64,000 nt of DNA, taken from assembly GCA_051047955.1 (NCBI GenBank), contig JBPGPT010000005.1, positions 1 through 64,000 of the forward strand. Direction: 5' to 3'. The stretch comes from Cystobasidiomycetes sp. EMM_F5 (lineage: Eukaryota). The notes below the pieces were generated by a model. It was not told the origin of the DNA, did no database searches, and was given only the letters and a program-made list of their open reading frames with translations. Each line of letters starts with the position of its first letter. The first letter of the stretch is position 1. This document shows positions 24,271 through 34,890 of this stretch, piece by piece. The translations under genes and the position numbers were made by a program.

Positions 24271-25057
24271 GATGACTGTGGTTGTGGGTGGTGGTGACTA
24301 TGCTCTTGAAGAAGTGAAAGTGCAAGTCTGTGAAGAGCGGAGGAGACCTGCAAAGGCTTACGAATTCTCCACTTCAGGGTTTTCAGTCTAAATCGAGGTC
24401 GATTGCGGAGGCTTTCGACTGGGGGGGCCAGCACTTTGCAGGACCGCGAGCGATCTAGTTTGGAGTACTTAGCAAATGCACCCGCGCTTATATACTCCCA
24501 CGCGCCCTTTCTTTTACTTTTTGGCTGCGACCGTTGGTCACATGTGCCTCCGGCTTTCTCTTTAGCCGCGCCCCGATTCGAAAGAGAAAAATTCAGCTCT
24601 GGACCAGCTTGGAGCTTCTTGGGTGAAGGCTTGGTGGAGACAGTGTGAGTGCGGCTTCAAGTGTCAGCGTGCACGTAACGTTACGCTGCGTCTGTCGGCT
24701 GAAGCTTGTGTCATTTTCGCGCTCTTTTTGGCTGTTTTGTCTCGCCTGCTGTCACCTCGCTTCACCGGCAATGTCGACGGCGCACCTTCAGATTTCTTCC
24801 ACCGGCAAACACCCTTCAGAAATCTAACTTGTTCCATGTTTGGGTCTACGGCTGTGCTTACGACAGCCGGGAGTACACAGACCGTTAGCATACCGCCAGA
24901 AGCCGCTCATACTGCTGTCCAACCCGCAATTCCTCCGTAGACCCTTCTGGTGCAGCACGCGTTGACGCGTCGGTTCGGCCAACAAGTCGCGTAAATGTTT
25001 GCGGAGACAACGGACTGGTAGTTTGCTCCTTGACATTGTGGGATGACCACCAATGCT

Positions 25058-26919
25058 TCACGTCACACGCTGGCTTGTAATAATTCTCCTCTGCAGCTTC
25101 TCATCGGCCGTGAGAGGGCCTCCGTGCGTCTCGATGCGGAGGATCTGATACTCCTTCTTTCGTGACAGGCTCTTCAAATTGACTTTGAACGGTTGAAGAT
25201 GTTTGACGTAATCAGCACTAATGCTTCTGCCGCCGGCTGATAGCGTCTGCTGGGTGTTTCTGCCGCTAATACTATTCTCCATCTTGACCTTCTTGACGGC
25301 GAATCTATCTTGTTGGACAGAGGCTCTAGCTGAAGCACGTAATTCCGGGGCGATTCGCCTGCACGGACCAGAAGCGGCGTTAGTTATGCCGATATTACCT
25401 AAGGGCTATTGTCCACATACTGGCTTGGATCAAACAGTACAAGATTCATTTGACCGCTTCTCGTCACTTCGACACCAACAATGGTTCGAGAATGTCCTGA
25501 ATGCTGCAAGTATAGAGGCATCTTCTCCTCTGCAATTCGTACGGGGGACCCGCCGCTGTCCATTAATGCGTTGAAAGCATTTGAAAAGGGTTTTTCTTCA
25601 GGTGAAGTATGGCTCCGAGTGCTCTTCTGCTCCGCTTCACCGTTCAAACCGCTTTCAAACGAGACGTTAAAGTAGTCGAAGACCCATCTGATTAGAGCTG
25701 TGTGCATGCCGTCTGGCCCTGTAGCTTTCGGAAAATCTATGACAGTACACCTTGAACGTTGAAAAGGCGTGTAAAGGGAAACAAAAGTCATGTGTATGAG
25801 ACGGGAGCCAAGAAAGACAACTCAAAGTCAGCTGATTGCATGGAAGTGACGCCGAAGATGACGAAGCTATGTGTACCTAATACCGAGCCAAGTGAACATG
25901 GTGTAGACTTCGGACGTACCGATCCACTTGCGAGAATTTACGAGTTTGCCGCCAAAGTGACGGCTGCCAGCAGGATCAAAGCCGAAGCTCCATGCCATTT
26001 CCGCAATGTTTTGTAATTGTAAGATGGAGGGGATGTCTGGCAGCGCTGCTTCATCTGGGCCGTTGCTAGGTGATTTGCGCTTTGTGCGCTCTATCGGCTG
26101 CGCTGCGTTTTCGGCACCCATAATATCTTCTCCTGACGCACTGAACAGGTTTCTGTACTGCCCAACATGTCGAAGTGCTGAGAAAACTATCTGTGCGTTT
26201 TTATACCCGCAGCCCCACCCAAAGTCTGCAACTTGGGACTTGATGTGAACTGTATGAGACGTAGACAGCACTGCGGACCGAGTGGCATTTGCGCCTGAGC
26301 CAGAATGTTCGAATGCGCTCTCGAGAAGTAAGGCTAATTGTGGTATGAGGCCAGGTGTCAATGGGTCTTGTCGCGCATTGGTCTTCATTTTCCCAAAGAC
26401 ATTCACAATTCGCGAAGTGCCCAACATAGTTCGTAGACGCTCGAGAGGTATTTTGTTGCCATTCTCGTCTACCACATCCAAGTCATCTTCATTATCGGAA
26501 CCATTGTTGTCGGGCGAGTCGTGCTCATCCTGCTCGGCCAAAGCCTTCTGCTGGGACAGGCACTCGATAGCGTGGGCATCCTTCCCATCAGCACAGTCAA
26601 TGTCGGTCCACGTTATGAAGCAGGAAGGGCACGCGTTTGCATTCTCAGATAAAGAGGGTATGCCATCATCACCGCCACCAATGTTTTTAGCCAGACAGGC
26701 TTCGACGTGGTCTTGCAACAGTGGAAGAGGAAGGTGGTCATCGCATATGGGGCACATAGAATGAGAAGAGGAATGAGATGCAGCAGTTGGCTCGGATTGC
26801 AGCCCGCCAGCTGAACTGCCAGAGGGGCCGCGACCATCCAAACACATGTTTACGTGGTGCGCCCGGCTGTCTTCATCGAATTGGGCAAGACTGCTGCCAC
26901 AGACAATGCAGGACTCCAT
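25058..26919 (-). CDS. Peptidase C78 deubiquitinase (ZUP1/ZUFSP, Mug105-like) with three N-terminal UBZ-like zinc fingers
   Basis: DFGWGCGYKNAQ (catalytic Cys), KWIGTSEV, PLYLQHSGHSRTIVG, LFDP and KEYQIL. The N-terminus has three CxxC...HxxxC motifs. Confidence 0.9.
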
Positions 26920-27266
26920 GGCTGTGGGCTTCAGCTTCGCAGGGCGCGCGTAGGCTCATATGGCGCGCAAACGGTGCTGGTATGCTGTAAAGCTCTCCAG
27001 GAACAGGCAATTGCGACGCTGACTCTTTGGTGCAGCGTAACATCTTTTGACGCTCCGGGGAAGCACATCGTGGGACTAACGTGAAGTTGATTGATTGGGC
27101 ACCATGGATTTCGACCAAATTCACAGCCCATCAGCCTATGTTCGCTAACGCCTGTGTTTGGGCACCGCTTGGATGGCGAAAACTGGGCGCGGCTAACAAT
27201 GGCTGATTGATGGCATTCTGAGAGCACGCTTTCCTTTCTACGCTCCATCATACGCTTGCCATACCG

Positions 27267-28162
27267 ATGCCGACTCACGTTGAATCCTTCTACGAAGCCA
27301 GATCAGGGACGTGGCAGTACATAGTGCACGACACTGTGACCAAGGCAGCAGCCATCATTGACGCTGTCCTCGATTTTGATGCGGCCACTTCTACTTGCTC
27401 AACCCAGGCTGCCGATGAACTCCTTGCCTGTGTGACTGCACAAGGCTTGAACGTTCAATGGATCCTCGAAACGCACGCTCACGCAGATCACCTCACTGCT
27501 GCACACTACCTTAAGACCAAGCTCGAGGGACTGACCAAGTCCCGTCAAGACATTTCCGTTGGTATCGGCAAGCGTATTGTTGAAGTCCAAAAGCGGTTTG
27601 GCGGAATCTATGGAGTCGACCCTAAGGAAACTGCAGCCGCATTCGACAAGCTGTTTGAAGACGACGAAGTCTTGGGCGCGGAGCAAGTCAAAGTACTATA
27701 CCTGCCAGGTCACACGCCAGATCACGTTGGCTATCAAATCGCAGAAAGTGTCTTTACGGGAGACAGCTGCTTCAACCCGGACGTAGGCACTGCGAGATGC
27801 GATTTTCCAGGAGGAAACGCGGATACACTCTTCAACTCAATGTCTATTCTCCTGGCTCTCCCCACGCACTTTCGACTCTATATAGGCCACGATTATCCTC
27901 CAGGTGGCAGTGACGGCCGGTCCGCTCCTGCTCCATTTGCGACCGTAGGGGAGCAACGAGCGAGAAACAAACATGCAAAGGAGGGTACGCACAAGCAGGA
28001 CTTTGTGAAGTGGCGAACAGAGCGAGATGCTGTGCTTCCAGCCCGAAGCTCATTCATCAAGCCTTGCAATGGAATATCAGAGGAGGCAGACCACCAGTAC
28101 GCGATGCTAATGGCAACCGCTTTGTACGCGTGCCGCTAAAGTTGCCTGCCGAACTGGAGTAA
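27267..28162 (+). CDS. Metallo-beta-lactamase-fold persulfide/sulfur dioxygenase (Blh/ETHE1-like), intronless, with an apparent 1-nt frameshift near 28041
   Basis: ILETHAHADH, PGHTPDH, FTGD, GTARCDFPGG and GHDYP. The conserved tail PKLIHQALQWNIRGGR lies in a different frame and ends at TAA 28160-28162. Confidence 0.85.
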
Positions 28163-28256
28163 CGTTCGGTCGAGGGGGTAATTAGTGTCATGCTACGGGA
28201 CGATCTCTATTATGTTTTCAGGCTGTTAATGTTGTGCTTGCCTATATTGACTTCGT

Positions 28257-30071
28257 CTATGCTGCCTTGCTGAAGCTCATGACTGCATACTTGCCGCTGA
28301 CTCGCCATGTCGGATCCTCCCTGTCGAGTCGCTCAGCTGTCCCAGCCGGTAGCCCTACGCAAACATCCGCTTTCAAGGTTCTACATAATCAAATTAGGCA
28401 TTAGTGATTGAACGGGCGTGAAAGTTTGGGACTCTGGCTTGCCGTAATGAGAGCAGATTGATCTGACCAGCTAACGGCCCGAGTGCAGTATTAAAGGGTG
28501 TCGTGTGGTCCCATCGTGCGTCACTTGTCAGCTTGCGATAGTTCAGATCTCCTTTAAAGATGACCAGAGAGGCCTGCTGCAGCTCCCGCAGCAAGGCAGG
28601 AGAGCGATCAGGTATGATGGCAAAGGGCAAGGGATTCGTCCAGTATGCTTCTGTGTTATTGCGGTCTAGCGCCATAGTTGATGTTCTACTTCCAAGCACG
28701 GGAATAGACGATTTGAAGCGGCCCGTAGTGAAATGTGTTTCTGTTTGATTGCCAGTATCAGCGTATACGTAGAGACGTACAGACAGTCTCACTACGTACT
28801 CCATCTGGACAAACATATTGCTAGCGCTGCTTGATGATCTTCATCCGCAGCGGGAGCACCGCTGGCATCTTTGAAAAACTCTGGATCCGCTAATGCGTTG
28901 AAGGTGTTTTCGAAGTCGGCCGGTAGCACGTCCGAGACGAACCAGGGTATATCTTTGGGACTGAGTGGTACATCTCACTTAAAGGCCTTCGCATGTTCAG
29001 AGAGCCAACTCACTGGAAAACGATCTCGTTGCAGAAGGGTGTCGAGAGCAGCCAGTCTGCAAAGACGAGGTCTCCATACAGCTCAAAGCCAGCGTTATCG
29101 AGTACAATATCTATTCTTTCGTTCTTTAGGCCACTTAAATGCTCCCAGGCAGCGGCAAGATCATTGGCCAGTATCAAATGTTCGGCTTCCTGCTGAGCTG
29201 ATCTTCCGGTCTTTTGTAAGGCTTGAATGTCAGCGTGAGATAGGTTTTGCAGCAAACTGAGGTCGGTCGCGTTTCCCCAAAGTGCGACCTGTGCCAATTC
29301 GAGGAAAGCAGGGTGAAGATCTTCCGGATCCTTTGTATCTGCAGCGGCTTGGACAAGCTCGTTTAGGTTCAGAGCCAGAGCGAATACCCCAGGTGCGGCG
29401 CTAGCAAATGTATCAATTTTCTGCTTGGCGAAAGGGTCGTACTCTGTCCAGTGCGAAGTCTGCGCGAAGAACACACGCAGACGGCGGTACCTGTTTGCAC
29501 ACATGAGAAATTTCAATGTACAAGTATGATGCGCAGGGCTTACATGTAACATTCGGCGAATAGCCATGGCATCTGAAACCATGTCGTGTTTTGACGTTCT
29601 CTCAGCGATAGCAATTCTGCATTGTACATTTCGATGTTTGGTCCATCATCGTCGTCTAGTGGGCTTCGTTCGCTTGTTTAGCGTCTGAAGGTAGAAAATA
29701 ATAGATTCATAACATACGGGACTTCCTTGTTGTGGGTGATTTCGTATTTCTGTTGTAGACACCGGAGACTCCGAATCAGCTCGAGTGCATCAAATATACT
29801 TGCATTCATGTATTCGATACCTACGAGAGCAGCAATGGCAGCAATGAGAGCTTTTGCTTCCTTCAACTGCCCATCTTGCCTGCATTCGTCGAATCTCGAG
29901 TTGAGCTCGTCGATGATCCTGCCCACAAGCTATTTCTCAGCTTGGGTCTTGTTGACATCGCTGCTTCCGACCCAACTGCGTCAGTATTCGAGGCCAGCGC
30001 TTCACGGTCGACTCGTATGCGAATGTTGACTTGTCGGAAGCAGAGTACGGCTCCACAGGTAATTCGTACAT
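28257..30071 (-). CDS. DUF89/ARMT1-family damage-control sugar-phosphate phosphatase
   Basis: STFAYESTVKRWPRILTQIID, YRRLR...YDPF, LWGNATDLSL, DIVLDNAGFELYGDL, PWFVSDV, FKGDLNYRKL and WRVSGKYAV across about 9 exons. Confidence 0.92.
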
Positions 30072-30464
30072 TGTTGGTCAGACGAAGGACGTGAATGCTA
30101 TTCGCCACGAGCGTGCAGGAACACAATTGCTGATCAGACTGCCCTATGCCGCCTTTCAGGTTTTTCATGACTCCATTCTACTGGTACATAATACAGCATG
30201 ATAGCAAATCTCCCCGTCTGTATGGCCCCGGTAAATAGACACCAACACTAAATCGAATGCGGAACGTAACGGTCGACAATCATGAAACAAAGCAGAATAA
30301 TGCAAAGCGGAGAGGCAGGCCTTGTTAGAGACGACAAGCGGAAAACAGTGGCGGAACGGACGTGGTGTGTGGCTACATGAAATAATTGGCATGCCGGTCG
30401 AAGGCGACGTATCTTGTCAAATGAGATCGAAGGTCTAGCGAGAGAAGTAGGGGACCAGGATATA

Positions 30465-33400
30465 TTATTTATCAGGTGGGGCATTCCTCAGTTTGCGTCG
30501 TAAGGCGTCGAGTCTGTTCTGGATAGACCGAACGACTACGACTACTATTAGCGCAGCTGTCCTTCCAAATAGTTGATAGTGCGAACTTACATTGCTCGAC
30601 TGTCCGTCTCACTTGCTCGTCGACAACTTCCCCATCTTGCATGGTATCGTCGAGAATAGCAAAGAGCATCCAAAGGGCAGTATCGTACGCAATCTCGCAT
30701 TCGGCCGTATTTTCGCCCATGAGCTCGCTGACGGCTGCAGCACGAGACTGGTGCGTTGGAAGAAGGTTTCAATACGGCGCCAACCCGATATAGTGGATGC
30801 ACGGATGCTTACCATTTCAAGAGCCCTGTCAAAGACGAGCTTCTCGGCAAGAACACAGTAGTCGGGGATGTCGCCGACTAAGCGAGACTTTGCGTGCTCT
30901 GCACGCTCGTAGCATTCATTGAATCTCGCCCGAAGCCATTGCACGTCTAATGGATGGCGCCACATCAGCTTTATAGTACAGATTGTCTCCAGGATGGGAC
31001 GCTTACAATCGTTAATGGCGGTATTGACAGCTATACCTTGACGAGTAGCGCAAAAATCACGCGCCATCTCAATGCCCTTCTGCAGGAAGGCAAGAGCCTT
31101 GAGGTACAGCACAAGAGCCTCAGCAGGCAGATGTTCTGCCTGGTTGACTGCAGGAAGGGGTGATCCTGCTTGGGGGTTTGAATGAGCCGGCGACAATGCG
31201 AGGGGGGATGTAGGTACTCGGTCCACTGAGCTCGATGAGGCCGTTCTTTTCGGTCTGTGTGCAGGTTGACCGATGGGAGGCGATGCCGACGCAACAAACG
31301 GACTAGTGACAGATTGTCTCAATGCAGATCCCGAGTACTGCCCGGCGTCAGTCGATGACGACGAGCCTAGTACAGCGCCCATCATGGCAAATCGCGTATC
31401 TGCAAAATCGAAAATGGCAATAGCCTTCTGCGCGATATCCTCTAGAGACGCCAACAGCCGCTCTTCGGCTGCATCTGCGACCGCATCATCTCGACGCTCG
31501 ATTGTTCGACGGTGTGAACGTTTGCGCAACCATATGCCCTGCGTCGGGCTGCCAAAGAGCTTGAGCGACGCCAGTGTAAAAGCCTTTGCAATGGCAGCAC
31601 CAGGCACTGCGCCGACAACTGCAGCAGCCGATGCAGCAGCTCCACTCGCAAAAGCTGCACCATAGTACTTGCCTGGCGAAGTGCCGTACGAAGTAGACTG
31701 TCCCGCAAGACCGCGAGACAGAGGCGAGGAGGAGTAGGTGGGTACGTACGGTCGCGTACTGGCAAAAGGTGGATGGTCGTACGCTGCACTAGTAGACGGC
31801 TGCGGAGGATATGGAGCAGGAGATGGAGGCGAGGGGGATGCTCCGGCCGCATTTAAGCCTATCCCCGGGGAGGGCGACATGCCGCTAACTTGCCTAGTAA
31901 GGATACCGCGCGAGTTGCGGCGCGCCAGATTACTTGTCCGCCGAGGCTGAGCAGCAAGTTCTGCAGCATTCGATGTCAGTGTTTAGAAGATAAGACACAG
32001 ACGTGTACAGACTTACCGTCCGCAAGAGCATTGACCTCGACATTTCGCTTCTCGACGACAACGTACTCTCGACCGAGTACAGAGTCTTCTTCGCCCGTCA
32101 TACCAGAGGCGTCCATATCCTTATACTGCGCTTCATACGGATGAGACGGTCTATTTGGAGGAGCTTGTAAAGACAGATTCGATCTTGGCGGGTTTTGTAG
32201 GCTAGACGGCGGGCTATTCGATCTGTCAAGTCAGGCGCGTGCCACATCATTGCCTCATCTAGACCTCCTCACCGACTCGGTTCCCTTGACGGCACTGATG
32301 TACCAGGTTGCGGGATTGCGAAATCTCTCGTTCGAATCGTTTGCGTAGGCACGGCACTCCTCTGATCGACTGCATTGTCAACAATATATTTTGACGTGAA
32401 GCTTTTGCGTGAAGCCAATTGAGGAGGCTCAGTTGTGGTCGTCTGTGCCTTGCCGCCTGTCGGCGGGACGGCCATTTCCGGCGTAGCTGCGATACGAATG
32501 AATGCTGGTTCCTGTTCTTCTGCACTGCTCGGGATGTAGATGGGCTGAGAGTGTTGCGTATACTCGTGCGTGGCTTGGGCGGACACTGGAGCAACTCGAG
32601 GAACAATAGGATCGCTGCGGGTTGTTTGTACAGACGGCCTGAATGATGCTGTGCGTACGATTGCAGGAGACTGGTCCCGTATGGTTGTTGGAGCCGGCTG
32701 TTCAAGCACTCCCGGAGCCAGACTTCCCTCTCCCCATCTCGCGACCGCCTCTGCTTCGGCAAAAAAGTCGTTGAAACTAATTCTCTCTGCCGAGTTGCGC
32801 TTGAGCAATCTTCGTATGAGGGCCTTGATATCATCCGCTACGACGGTATCCGTTTGTCGATCTGTTCCTCCGCCTCCTTCATTTGAATTGTTTGGATCCT
32901 GTCCAGGCCGAGGGGGCTCGTTTGGAAACTTGACATGTTCCTCTCCTCTATCAATCCTTCGCAGCAGCTCGACATGGTTCTGTGCGCGATACGGACATCG
33001 CCCGACTGCCATCTCGTATGCGACGGCGCCGACGCTCCAGAGATCCGCCTTGACACAGTACTTGTCGTACCTCAAAATCTCTGGAGCCATGTAGAGCGGA
33101 CTGCCACACAGCGTCTCTGCAAGATCATTCTTTGCCAGTGATCTCGCAAAACCGAAATCCGCTACACGGAGGAGGGGAATACCTTCCGGATGACCCGCTG
33201 CAATATCAGCGTGCGAAGAAGGATGGAGAAGCAGGTTTTGCGGCTTGATATCTCGATGGATGATATCCTGCGCTCGAAAACACTTGATGGCTTCGCTCAG
33301 TTGGCCGAGAAAACTCCGTACGACCATCTCGTTTAGACCTCCGTCTTTCGGGTGAGGGTAGCGTGCTTGTGCGGAATTCATAGGCAGACCTGCCACTTGT

Positions 33401-34198
33401 CCGCGCTTGCGAATGTACTGGGATAGGTCGCCGGCGGAACAGTAGGCCATGACGAGGTAGATGTGGGCGTCTGTTTTCTGTGGGGTGGGTAAGTCGGGGA
33501 GGAGAGTCGGAGGAAGCAGGTGCATAACGAGCAGCACAATCATAACGACACAGGAAGGGAGATTACGCGGAAGAGGAGCGTAGAGACAGAAGGATAACGA
33601 AAGCAGAATAAAACAGCATCAGCCTAGCGTCCAATGTATCTGCCTATGCTGTCTCATCCACTCACCAGACAGTCGAGCAACTCGACTACATTCCTATGCT
33701 TTATATTCTTGAGTAGCCTAATCTCCGACTCTAGATTACCGAGCAACTTTGCAGTGAGCTTTACCCTCACTACTGCCTTTATGGCTACGAGGGATGGTGG
33801 GTTTGTAGACTGTATCGCACAGACGAGGGTGTGTCAGCAGTGACGCGTGGCGTGGATGCAGGCAGAGACAAATGGACAATCATAATCCACAGTCAGCGGG
33901 TCACTGTACACCTTATTGGCCCACTCCAACCCACCACACACTCTCCCCGATAGACTGTCGCGAATGATCCTCTCCCAATCTCCTCCCTTATCGTGTAGGG
34001 CCCTACTCTATCGGGCATGGCGTTGCTGCTGCTCTGCCCGCTCCCCGACGAGGCCGAGGACTGCTGCCTGCGTGAGTGCTGTGCATGCTGTTGCTGTTGT
34101 TGTTGGATAGCTGGCTGCCTGTGCTGACTGGGCGTGACTGGGTGTGGTGAGTGTGATTGCTGTGGCTGCTGCTGCTGATAGACTGCCTCTCGCGGCAT
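30465..34198 (-). CDS. ATG1: Autophagy serine/threonine kinase Atg1
   Basis: [66 protein letters not shown] and a C-terminal MIT-like region ([33 protein letters not shown]). Confidence 0.96.
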
Positions 34199-34890
34199 GC
34201 AAGGAAGTGTGAGTGGTGTCTGGTGTGTGTCAGAGTGGGGCAGGGTGAGTGGGTGTCGATGTCGGTACTGGTGTCGATGTCGATGTCGAAATGGCGAACT
34301 ACTCCTAGTCAGAGGCGACTTGATTTGAAAGCGTAGACCAACAACAACAACAATTGAATATTGTTGAATGAGATGTAAACATGCAATGCACATGTAGTGT
34401 CAAGCGCTATTACAGTGACTAGCAATGGAAGCTTGTTGAAAGACATTATGCATAACCACGTCGCGACCCTTGTCCAACACCCTTTACGCGACTTGGAGAC
34501 TATCGACATGAAAGCATTGCTCGCAGACACGTACGAATACACGCACACATACAGTGCAAAATATATCCACTACACTCATATCACAATCCATTCCCTGCAC
34601 TGACCTCTGCCAAACATTCATGCAACGTCCCCGTCTTCGCATCTTCTGACTCTGCTGCCCGGACTCCTGCGAGGGTTGCGATGAGAAATTGCAATGTTTG
34701 CAACTTCAAGCTGTGTGTTGTTCTCCAGCCGACTGCTTGGTTACGGTGCACCTACTCACACAGTCATCGAGTGCTGATTGTCTGATCCTCACGCCGTCGA
34801 CACCCTCGACATTCACGCCCACTTCGCAACCCGAGGTCACTCGATATCCCAAAACCACACTCATTGACCACCCACACTCTCTAACTCAAT

